Of a stretch of DNA of 36,125 nt, positions 10,013 to 18,299 are shown one piece after another. The position numbers and the translations under genes are program-made. Every line of letters begins with the position of its first letter. Within the stretch, counting starts at the first letter, position 1. Under the pieces are notes generated by a model. The model searched no databases, was not told where the DNA came from, and saw nothing but the letters and a program-made list of their open reading frames with translations. Source of the DNA: Alphaproteobacteria bacterium (GTDB lineage: Bacteria > Pseudomonadota > Alphaproteobacteria > Rhizobiales > Xanthobacteraceae); contig JAXDOO010000003.1 in NCBI GenBank assembly GCA_034668865.1, positions 1 to 36,125 on the forward strand, in the 5' to 3' direction.

Positions 10013-11775
10013 ATGCGACAACAATCTTCGGGCCACAGCTGCATCCTGACGGCGTGACTTTCCGCCTTTGGGCCCCAGCCGCCAAAGGCGTCGAGCTGAT
10101 GCTCGAGCGGCCGCATCGCATGCAGGCGCGTGACGACGGATGGTATGAGAGCAGAATTCCCGGTGCAGGCGCGGGCACACTTTACAAGTTCCGCATTGAT
10201 GGCGAATTGGAGGTGCCCGATCCCGCCTCGCATTTCCAGCCGCAGGATGTATCGGGGCCGAGTGAAATCATCGACCATGATCAATTTGCCTGGCAGGCTA
10301 GCGATTGGCGAGGCCGCGCCTGGGAAACCGCTGCCTTCCTGGAATTGCATGTCGGCACATTTACCGCCGGCGGAACTTTCCGCGCCATCATCGAACGGCT
10401 CGATCATGTTGTGGAAACCGGCCTGACCGCGATCGAACTAATGCCGCTCGCCGATTTCCCGGGCGACCGCAACTGGGGCTATGACGGCGTGCTGCTCTAT
10501 GCGCCTGACAGCGCTTATGGACGCCCTGAGGATCTGAAAGCGTTGATCGACGCCGCGCATCAACGCGGGTTGATGGTGTTTCTCGACGTGGTCTATAACC
10601 ACTTCGGCCCCGAAGGAAATTATCTCGGCCGCTACGCTCCCGGCTTCTTTACCAAAGGTCAGACGCCCTGGGGCTCGGCGATCGACTATCGCCTGCCCGA
10701 GGTGCGCGCCTTCGTCATCGGTAATGCGCTGCACTGGCTTAAGCACTACCGCTTCGATGGACTCCGGCTCGATGCCGTGCACGCCATCGTCGAACCGGGC
10801 GAGCCGCATGTGTTGAATGATCTAAGCCGTGCGGTCGGCGATTTGGCCAAAGAAACCGGGCGGCACATCCATCTGGTACTGGAGAATGACGACAATCGCG
10901 CCAGCCTGCTTGACCCTCGCAGTACTCCCACCGGCGGAAAATACCGAGCGCAATGGAACGACGATTATCACCACGCTTGGCACGTGCTGTTGACGCGAGA
11001 AAAGAACGGCTATTATCGCGACTATCACGACAACCCGCGCGCCAATATTGCGCGCGTCCTATCCTCCGGCTTCGCTTATCAGGGCGAAGCATCGCCGCAC
11101 CGCGACGGCCGGAAGCGCGGCGAGCCTTCCGGGGTTTTGCCGCCGACGGCTTTCGTGAACTTCCTGCAGAATCACGACCAGATCGGCAACCGGGCGCGCG
11201 GCGACCGGCTGATAACGCAGGCGGACGAAGCAGCGCTGCGTGCTGCCAGTGCGATCACGCTGCTTGCACCCATGCCGCCCCTCCTATTCATGGGCGAGGA
11301 ATGGGGGTCGACCAAACCATTTCCGTTCTTCTGTGATTTTCACGGCGCGCTTGCCGAAGCCGTGCGCAAAGGGCGGCGCGAAGAGTTCAAGGCAGCCTAT
11401 GCGGAACTCGGCGATGACATTCCCGATCCGCTGGATGAAGAAACTTTCCGATCCGCCGTGCTTGACTGGGACGCGCGCAAAACGCCGCGCGGCCGGGAAT
11501 GGACGGCGCACACGCGCAGTCTGCTAACCGCACGCATAAAGGAAATCGTGCCGCGGCTCGCGCAATCCGCTTTCGGCTCGGCGCAATGGGAGCAGGATGT
11601 GCTGACCGCAGGATGGCGGCTGGGCGGTGGAGCGAGCTTAAATTTGCTCGCAAATATTTCTGCGGCCGAAGCAGCGCCGCCGCAAGAAATCTCCCTCGGC
11701 CGATCGATCTGGGGCGGCGCGGTTCCGGAAATGTTGCCACCATGGTCGGTTTACTGGGGTATCGGAGAAGCTTGA
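10009..11775 (+). CDS. treZ: malto-oligosyltrehalose trehalohydrolase
   Basis: The track ORF starts at 9958. The preferred ATG at 10009 overlaps the glgX stop (ATGA). Supporting motifs: MNATTIFGPQLHPDGVTFRLWAP, DGLRLDAVHAI, QNHDQIGNR. Confidence 0.85.
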   Translation: MNATTIFGPQLHPDGVTFRLWAPAAKGVELMLERPHRMQARDDGWYESRIPGAGAGTLYKFRIDGELEVPDPASHFQPQDVSGPSEIIDHDQFAWQASDWRGRAWETAAFLELHVGTFTAGGTFRAIIERLDHVVETGLTAIELMPLADFPGDRNWGYDGVLLYAPDSAYGRPEDLKALIDAAHQRGLMVFLDVVYNHFGPEGNYLGRYAPGFFTKGQTPWGSAIDYRLPEVRAFVIGNALHWLKHYRFDGLRLDAVHAIVEPGEPHVLNDLSRAVGDLAKETGRHIHLVLENDDNRASLLDPRSTPTGGKYRAQWNDDYHHAWHVLLTREKNGYYRDYHDNPRANIARVLSSGFAYQGEASPHRDGRKRGEPSGVLPPTAFVNFLQNHDQIGNRARGDRLITQADEAALRAASAITLLAPMPPLLFMGEEWGSTKPFPFFCDFHGALAEAVRKGRREEFKAAYAELGDDIPDPLDEETFRSAVLDWDARKTPRGREWTAHTRSLLTARIKEIVPRLAQSAFGSAQWEQDVLTAGWRLGGGASLNLLANISAAEAAPPQEISLGRSIWGGAVPEMLPPWSVYWGIGEA

Positions 11776-14591
11776 TGCCGCCGGTTGTCCCGATTGCCAC
11801 CTATCGCCTGCAGCTCACGCCGGACTTCGGCTTCGACCAGGCCGCGGCCACCGTGCCTTATCTCAAAGCGCTCGGCATCACGCATCTCTATGCCTCGCCA
11901 TTCCTGAAGGCTCGCGCCGGCAGCAGGCATGGCTACGACATCATCGACCACAACGGTTTTAATCCGGAGCTCGGCGGCGAGGCGGGATTCCTTCGCCTGA
12001 GCCAAGCGCTGACCAAGGCGGACATCGGTCTCATTCTCGATTTCGTGCCCAACCACATGGGCGTCCATCACGCCGACAATGCCTGGTGGCTCGACATGCT
12101 GGAATGGGGACCGAAATCGCCGCATGCCGATTCCTTCGATATCGAATGGGAAACCCTGCCGGAGCGGCCGCGTGGCGGGGTGCTGCTGCCGATCCTCGGA
12201 CGGCCTTATGGCGAGGCGCTGGAAAGCGGTGAGATCGAACTTCGCTACGATCCGCGCGAGGGCAGTTTTTCCGCCTGGTACTTCGATCACCGCATGCCGA
12301 TCGGGCCGAGCCGCTATGGCGAGATTCTGAGCAAGGTGGTCGCGCAGGCCGGCGCCGCCGATCAGCCGGCAGGCCGGCGGCTGCTGGAATTGGCGGCACG
12401 CACCAAGGGCCCGCGCAACCCGCCGCGCGACCAAGCTCCCCAGTTCAAGCAGGAGCTTGCTGCGATCGCGGGCGGAAGCGAGATAATCGAGCGTGGTCTT
12501 GTGGCCTTTCAGCCGAAGGAAGGAGTGCCAGGCGCGGTGACGGCGCTGCATCGCTTGCTCGAGCGGCAATATTACCGGCCGGCCTTTTGGCGGCTCGCGT
12601 CCAATGAAATCAACTACCGCCGCTTCTTCGACATCAATGAGCTCGCCGGCATGCGAGTGGAGGATCCTTCCACCTTTGTATCCATGCACCGGCTTGTCAG
12701 CCGGCTGATCGCCGCAGATCAGTTGCAAGGTCTGCGAATCGACCATATCGACGGCCTGCGCGACCCACAGCAATATCTGCGCCGTCTACAGACTCTGGTG
12801 CGCCACGCGCGGCCGCCCGGCCGCGCCGGCTTCTACCTCCTAGTCGAGAAAATTCTCGCCGAGGGCGAGCAGCTGCCGCGCTTTGCCGGCATCGCCGGCA
12901 CCACTGGTTACGAATGGCTGAACGTCATTTCCCACTTCCTGCTTGATTGGCGCGGGCTCGATACACTCGACCGCGCTTGGCGCGAGGCATCAGGCGACAT
13001 CCGGGATTTTGAACAAGTGTTGGCCGGTGCCAAACGGCGTGTGCTGGGCAACATCCTTGCGAGCGAGTTCACCGTGCTCACGCGCCTTCTGGCGCGCATC
13101 GCTGCCGGCCACTATACCACGCGAGACTATTCTCCCGAGCGGTTGCGAGCCGCGCTGGAAGCCTACGTCATCCATTTCCCGGTTTACCGCACCTACATCA
13201 CGCCCTCCGGTGCTTCGCCCAACGACCAAGCGGTGATTGAAGCGACCATCGCCGGCGCACGCGCGGAGTGGTTTGGCACGGACGCGGACATCTTCGACTT
13301 CCTGCAAGACGCCCTCACCCTTGACCTGATTGCGCCCGGCCGCAGAGGCCATAGCATCCGGCGCGTGCGCCGCTTTGCCTTCAAGGTGCAGCAATTCACC
13401 GGACCGATGATGGCGAAGTCAATGGAGGACACAGCCTTCTACCGCTACCACCGCTTGCTCGCGCTCAATGAGGTGGGCGGCGATCTTTCCGTCGGCGCGC
13501 TAACGCCGGAGGATTTTCATCGGCGCATGCTGTCACGGTCACAAAGCCAACCATATGGTCTCACCGCCAGCGCGACGCATGACACGAAGCGCGGCGAAGA
13601 TGCCCGCGCCCGCATTCTCGGGCTTTCGGAACTGGCTGACGAGTGGAGCAAAGTCACGCGGCAATGGCACGAGCTCAATGCCGCTGTAACGCAGGACCTG
13701 GTGGAGAATCCCTCGCCTGCCCACGAATATATGCTGTACCAGGCTTTGCTTGGCGCCTGGCCTGGCGGTATCGACCAAGATTTCGTCGCGCGCATGCAAA
13801 ATTATGCGGTGAAAGCGGCGCGAGAAGGCAAGGAACAGACCAGTTGGCTCGCACCGAACGAGAGCTATGAAAATGGCCTGAAGGATTTTCTGGCGCGCAT
13901 TCTCGACCGGACACGCTCCGCCGCCTTCCTGGATTCATTTGAAGCCATCGCACGGCGCGCCGCGCTGCTGGGCGCGCTCAATAGTCTCACTCAGGTCACC
14001 TTGAAGACGATGATGCCCGGCGTGCCGGATTTTTATCAGGGCACGGAGTTCTGGGATTTGGCGCTGGTCGATCCCGACAACCGCCGCCCGGTCGATTTCG
14101 CCGCTCGCCGCGCGGCGCTCGCAGAGACAGACGAAAACCCGGATTGGGCGGCGCTGGCCGAGGAGTGGCAAAGCGGCCGAATCAAACTCGCACTCACCCG
14201 CCGGCTGCTGGCGATCCGCAACCGATTCGAACACGTATTCACTCGTGGCAGTTACCAGCCCCTGCGAGTGGAAGGCCCGCAAGCGGATGAGATCGTCGCC
14301 TTTGCGCGCAGCGGCGGCCGCGATACCGTCGTTACCGTGGTGGGGCGATTGTTCGGCCGCGCCACCGAATACGGCCGCTTCTGGCCTTCACCGGAAGCAT
14401 GGAAGCAGACGTCGATAACGTTCGACGGATTTTCCGCGATTCGCCCGCTGCTCGGTCCGGCCCAGCCGGCAGAAGCATCGCAGCTCTCGGTATCACAGCT
14501 ATTCGGTCATTTGCCGGTCATGATCCTGCATGCGGAATTCGCAAAGGTACGCAAGCCGCGCGCGCTGGCCCCAGCGACTGAAAATTCCTAG
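11775..14591 (+). CDS. treY: malto-oligosyltrehalose synthase
   Basis: The track ORF from 11499 lies inside treZ. The preferred ATG at 11775 overlaps the treZ stop (TGATG at 11773-11777). Supporting motifs: MPPVVPIATYRLQLTPDFGF, GLRIDHIDGL, SATHDTKRGED. Confidence 0.88.
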   Translation: MPPVVPIATYRLQLTPDFGFDQAAATVPYLKALGITHLYASPFLKARAGSRHGYDIIDHNGFNPELGGEAGFLRLSQALTKADIGLILDFVPNHMGVHHADNAWWLDMLEWGPKSPHADSFDIEWETLPERPRGGVLLPILGRPYGEALESGEIELRYDPREGSFSAWYFDHRMPIGPSRYGEILSKVVAQAGAADQPAGRRLLELAARTKGPRNPPRDQAPQFKQELAAIAGGSEIIERGLVAFQPKEGVPGAVTALHRLLERQYYRPAFWRLASNEINYRRFFDINELAGMRVEDPSTFVSMHRLVSRLIAADQLQGLRIDHIDGLRDPQQYLRRLQTLVRHARPPGRAGFYLLVEKILAEGEQLPRFAGIAGTTGYEWLNVISHFLLDWRGLDTLDRAWREASGDIRDFEQVLAGAKRRVLGNILASEFTVLTRLLARIAAGHYTTRDYSPERLRAALEAYVIHFPVYRTYITPSGASPNDQAVIEATIAGARAEWFGTDADIFDFLQDALTLDLIAPGRRGHSIRRVRRFAFKVQQFTGPMMAKSMEDTAFYRYHRLLALNEVGGDLSVGALTPEDFHRRMLSRSQSQPYGLTASATHDTKRGEDARARILGLSELADEWSKVTRQWHELNAAVTQDLVENPSPAHEYMLYQALLGAWPGGIDQDFVARMQNYAVKAAREGKEQTSWLAPNESYENGLKDFLARILDRTRSAAFLDSFEAIARRAALLGALNSLTQVTLKTMMPGVPDFYQGTEFWDLALVDPDNRRPVDFAARRAALAETDENPDWAALAEEWQSGRIKLALTRRLLAIRNRFEHVFTRGSYQPLRVEGPQADEIVAFARSGGRDTVVTVVGRLFGRATEYGRFWPSPEAWKQTSITFDGFSAIRPLLGPAQPAEASQLSVSQLFGHLPVMILHAEFAKVRKPRALAPATENS

Positions 14592-14603
14592 CCTTTCTCG
14601 CCT

Positions 14604-14629
14604 GGAACCTGACCACGGGATTACCGGTT
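14604..14629 (+). promoter_or_regulatory. EcfG-type (ECF15) promoter candidate, GGAAC-N17-GGTT
   Basis: GGAAC at 14604-14608, 17-nt spacer, GGTT at 14626-14629. It lies 12 nt after the treY stop and 22 nt before ATG 14651. Confidence 0.4.
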
Positions 14630-14650
14630 GTTGTGCAGGAGGATGCGTCA

Positions 14651-14950
14651 ATGGACGACCGGGAAAAACGCGTGCGCGATCGCGCCTACAAGCTGTGGCA
14701 GGAAGAAGGCTGCCCCGAAGGCCGTGAAGATGTGCACTGGGAAAAGGCGCGCGAGTTGGTGGCGATCGAAGACAATATCGACCTCACTCTGAAACCGATC
14801 CCTCGGCCCGATGAATTCGGGCCCCATGGCGAGCCTATCGAACCGCTCGGACCAGCAGAAAATACCGGCGAAGCCCCCACCATGGTCGACCAGGGCGAAG
14901 AAGAGACCATTCCGCATCGACGCACCGACCAATTCGCCGACAAGAAATAA
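14651..14950 (+). CDS. DUF2934-family small protein
   Basis: MDDREKRVRDRAYKLWQEEGCPEGREDVHWEKARELV matches my recollection of the DUF2934 core (RAY-x-LW...G-x-P-x-G...W). AGGAGGA lies 7 nt upstream of ATG 14651. The track GTG at 14633 would lie upstream of the predicted transcription start. Confidence 0.6.
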   Translation: MDDREKRVRDRAYKLWQEEGCPEGREDVHWEKARELVAIEDNIDLTLKPIPRPDEFGPHGEPIEPLGPAENTGEAPTMVDQGEEETIPHRRTDQFADKK

Positions 14951-15003
14951 AACGACGCCATTGTTTTGGGGAGTGAATCCTAAAATTGTGATGCGACGCG
15001 CGC

Positions 15004-15041
15004 AAAAAAGGCCGCCCGGGATTTAAAATTGCCGGACGGCC
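15004..15041 (-). terminator. Rho-independent terminator on the minus strand with no CDS upstream of it
   Basis: Minus-strand RNA GGCCGUCCGG-CAAUUUUAAAUC-CCGGGCGGCC-UUUUUU: a 10-bp stem including one G-U pair, followed by six U. On the plus strand the same position is an A-C mismatch and there is no U tail. Confidence 0.55.
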
Positions 15042-15303
15042 CTGCGGCCCTCGTGCCGACCTACTCCTGGTCGGTTCCCTCCCTCCGCACTCGGGCGAGA
15101 TAAAGGAGTCGCCCTCGGAGGGCAACTTCAATTGCAGTTTCGACTCGATTTCGACCACGGCCACCATTGGACGACGGTGCAAAATAGGCTGGCAGCGCAA
15201 AAATAACTTCGCTAGATAGTAGCGCGTCAGCCTAATCGGGCCTTTTCAGCAGGTATCAGGGCAGCGGAAAAGACCGCAGCCTTCTATAAGCCTTTGAAAA
15301 TAC

Positions 15304-15377
15304 TGGGGAATAGTTCAACGGTAGAACATCGGACTCTGACTCCGAGAATCTAGGTTCGAATCCTAGTTCCCCAGCCA
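15304..15377 (+). tRNA. tRNA-Gln (anticodon CUG)
   Basis: Cloverleaf read by hand. Acceptor TGGGGAA/TTCCCCA, D stem GTTC/GAAC, anticodon stem TCGGA/TCCGA with loop CTCTGAC (CTG at 34-36), T arm CTAGG-TTCGAAT-CCTAG, discriminator G and encoded CCA. Confidence 0.92.
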
Positions 15378-15684
15378 GCCATCCGTCTTCACGGAGCCCG
15401 GATACCACAATTGCAGACATGCCCCCTGGTCGATTCAGGGCCGCAAGACTCCCTGAGTCACCAGAGCGACCCAAACTCCCGAAGTCCACAATAGTCTCTG
15501 TGCAATTCCCTTTTGCGTCGTCGCGATGCGGGGACGTAGCGCTGCGCAGCCCGCTGGCAAATTCACCGACCTTAAACTAACCTCGACCTGGATTGCGGCG
15601 TGAATGCCGTTCAACAGTCAGCCGGTTACGCGCTCGGCTCAAACACTTTCTGCGTAGCTTATAAAAAATTACGGAGAGGGAGCG

Positions 15685-17499
15685 ATGTCGAAGAGGAATC
15701 TGCCTATCCGCGGATGCGGCTTTCTCGCACTGGGCTTTTTCACAGCTGTGCTTGCGCAACAAGCCATCGCGCAGCCAGCGCAGACACTCGAGCAGCGCAA
15801 GGCGGTCTATGCTCCCTGGTCGCCGGATCAGATGGCGGAGCGGCGCAAACAGCAGGGCCTCGTCGGGCCGGGAACGACGCGGGCTGTGCCGCAACCGGCC
15901 TTCCCTTCGTATTTGAAAAAAGCGAACTCGGTGGAAGAGTTGATGCCGCAAGCGCGCGCCGCTGTGCGCCAGACCGGCGGACGCACACCGCTGGGCCTCG
16001 TGCTGCCGGGAAAGACCTTGCTCATTGTGGTCGGCGAGATCCGTGAGCCGAAGCCCAATTTCATGGTTCAGGAAGCTATCACGCGCGCGATGAAAGAGCG
16101 TGGCGCGAATGCCGTCGTCGTAACGACCTGGGATCTCCTGGGCGTCGATGAGAAAGATTATTTGGCGGTTCGCGAGGCTCTACGGGAATCCACCATCGGC
16201 GATGGGCAGCGCGAGCTTGAGTATTTCTTTACGGTGACGGGTTTGATGGTGAAGCCCGAGCGTGGTCGCGAATGGGTCAAGCAAAAAGATCCCGAACTTT
16301 TCGCGGCTACCTGGCCGGAGCCAAAAATTACGGATGAGAGGCTCGCGGCGCTCGCAAAAGACTACACGGCCCGCATCCCGAAGGCGCTGATCGCTTATCT
16401 TGATAAGCACCCGGAGATCGATTGGATCGTGTGGCGCAGTGGCGGCCGAGGCAACACCCGCAGGCTGCTCGAACAACACGCCGATAAATATCTAGGTAGT
16501 TACACGTATTTCGACCTGTACGACCTGATGAGCCAGGTGCCGGCTTTTCCCTCGGACGTCTGGCGTTTGGTCGAGACCAAGACGATCGAGCCAATCGCTT
16601 TCGTCGACAGGGTCGAGGTCACCGATCCCGAAGGGACCGCGTTCGGCTACGATGTCAGTGAGGATGACGCCAAGCGCTGGGCGGAAGGTGTTTATCAGCA
16701 GGGCCATCTCTACATGTTTCCGGCGCAGGGCACGGGCCGCTTTCCCTATTCGCTGATCGAATATCCGGCCTTGTCAAAATCATACGTGCCACCGGTACAA
16801 CCCGAGGTCACCGGCATCATCGCCTCGACCACGAGTCACGCGGCCACCCACCCGCGGATCGAGATCCAGGTAAGCAAGGGCCTGATCAGCAGCATCCGCG
16901 GTGGAGGGCTTTATGGCGAGGGCTTGCGGCTTCTGCAGAATTATCCGGGGACGAAGGAGCTGACCTGGCCCAACCAGAAGAAGGCGGGCTACTGGTGGCT
17001 CTACGAAGCCGGCATGGGCACCAATCCAAAATATTTCAAGCACCCCGCCGAAGTGCTGGAAGGCATCAACCTTTCGGAGCGCAACGTTGCTGGGGTGGTC
17101 CACTGGGCGTTCGGCGCCGAGGTTTCGATGGGCCCCGAAAAGCCGGGCGACTGGGCGCCGGAGACGGTGAAGTTTTCCGAGGAGCACGCGTTGCCGCGGG
17201 GCCACTCGATGCACAACCACAACACGCTGCCCACCTTCCAGGTGCGGATACGCGATCTCGACCAGTGGGTGACGCTTGTTGAGCATGGCGGCTTGATGGC
17301 GCTCGACGACGTCTATGTTCGGGCGCTCGCGTCCCGCTATGGCAATCCTTCGACCATCCTGCGCCGCGATTACATCAGCGCCATCCCCGGCGTGAACGCG
17401 GCCGGCAGCTATGACGAATATGCCAGGAATCCAGGCGCCTATTGGACCAAATGGGCGCAGAGCATCGAGCAAGGAACCTACCAATACTTCAAGCCGTAG
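15685..17499 (+). CDS. exported protein of unknown family (604 aa)
   Basis: Long ORF preceded by GGAGAGGGAG. Sec-type signal peptide MSKRNLPIRGCGFLALGFFTAVLAQQAIA/QP. I recognise no family with confidence. Motifs EAGMGTNP, HWAFGAE and HSMHNHN faintly recall M29 aminopeptidase/NicX-like metal sites. Confidence 0.75.
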   Translation: MSKRNLPIRGCGFLALGFFTAVLAQQAIAQPAQTLEQRKAVYAPWSPDQMAERRKQQGLVGPGTTRAVPQPAFPSYLKKANSVEELMPQARAAVRQTGGRTPLGLVLPGKTLLIVVGEIREPKPNFMVQEAITRAMKERGANAVVVTTWDLLGVDEKDYLAVREALRESTIGDGQRELEYFFTVTGLMVKPERGREWVKQKDPELFAATWPEPKITDERLAALAKDYTARIPKALIAYLDKHPEIDWIVWRSGGRGNTRRLLEQHADKYLGSYTYFDLYDLMSQVPAFPSDVWRLVETKTIEPIAFVDRVEVTDPEGTAFGYDVSEDDAKRWAEGVYQQGHLYMFPAQGTGRFPYSLIEYPALSKSYVPPVQPEVTGIIASTTSHAATHPRIEIQVSKGLISSIRGGGLYGEGLRLLQNYPGTKELTWPNQKKAGYWWLYEAGMGTNPKYFKHPAEVLEGINLSERNVAGVVHWAFGAEVSMGPEKPGDWAPETVKFSEEHALPRGHSMHNHNTLPTFQVRIRDLDQWVTLVEHGGLMALDDVYVRALASRYGNPSTILRRDYISAIPGVNAAGSYDEYARNPGAYWTKWAQSIEQGTYQYFKP

Positions 17500-17557
17500 T
17501 AGCGGACAGTGTTTCGCGAAAAACGCCGGCGGCATTGGCGCAAAAAACGATGAGGAA

Positions 17558-18262
17558 ATGACAGGAAACGGCGATAGCAAAACGAAGGCGTCGGCGCGGC
17601 TCGACAAAGTCTCGAAGATCTATCAGACCGCGGCCGCCCGCATCACGGCGCTTGAGGATATGACATGGTCCGTTCATGCCGGCGAAGCCGTTGCGCTGAT
17701 GGGCCCGTCCGGCTGCGGCAAGACGACCATTCTCAACCTGCTCGGCGGCATGGACCGGCCAAGCGGAGGCAACATCTGGGTCAACGGTGAAAATGTTGCA
17801 CAAATGACGGAGCGTCAACTCGAGCAGTATCGTCTGCACAAAGTCGGCTTCGTGTTCCAGTTTTTCAATCTGATCCCGAGCCTTTCAGCTATGGAGAATC
17901 TTCAGTTGCCAATGTTGATGGCGGGGGCACCGGCTGCCAAACGCCGGGCGCGGGCGGAAGCGCTGCTCGAAACCGTCGGGCTTAAGGAGAAGGGTTTCAA
18001 ACGACCCGAAGAGCTCTCCGGCGGAGAACAGCAGCGCGTCGCCGTATGCCTGGCGCTGGTCAATGATCCGCCGATCATCCTCGCCGATGAACCGACCGGC
18101 AATCTCGACAGCAACAATGCTCGGATTATCTCTGATCTTCTCTATGATCTCGCGAAGTCCCGCGGTAAGACAGTCATCGTTGCCTCTCATGATCCCAAGG
18201 TGGTCGAGCGCTTTCCCCGCGTCTTTCACATGCGGGACGGCGCCATCGAGCAGGCTGCCTGA
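17558..18262 (+). CDS. ABC transporter ATP-binding protein (MacB/LolD/FtsE type)
   Basis: The track ORF from 17411 overlaps the upstream gene. I prefer ATG 17558, preceded by GAGGAA. Walker [10 protein letters not shown], signature LSGGEQQRV, Walker [13 protein letters not shown]. Confidence 0.88.
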   Translation: MTGNGDSKTKASARLDKVSKIYQTAAARITALEDMTWSVHAGEAVALMGPSGCGKTTILNLLGGMDRPSGGNIWVNGENVAQMTERQLEQYRLHKVGFVFQFFNLIPSLSAMENLQLPMLMAGAPAAKRRARAEALLETVGLKEKGFKRPEELSGGEQQRVAVCLALVNDPPIILADEPTGNLDSNNARIISDLLYDLAKSRGKTVIVASHDPKVVERFPRVFHMRDGAIEQAA

Positions 18263-18299
18263 TGGGCTTTCTCCTTTTGGCTGAGTAGAGAAAACGAGC

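Noticed and set aside
15256-15489. 77-aa minus-strand ORF.
   Set aside because: It is covered by the tRNA-Gln gene on the plus strand (15304-15377) and is a translation artefact.
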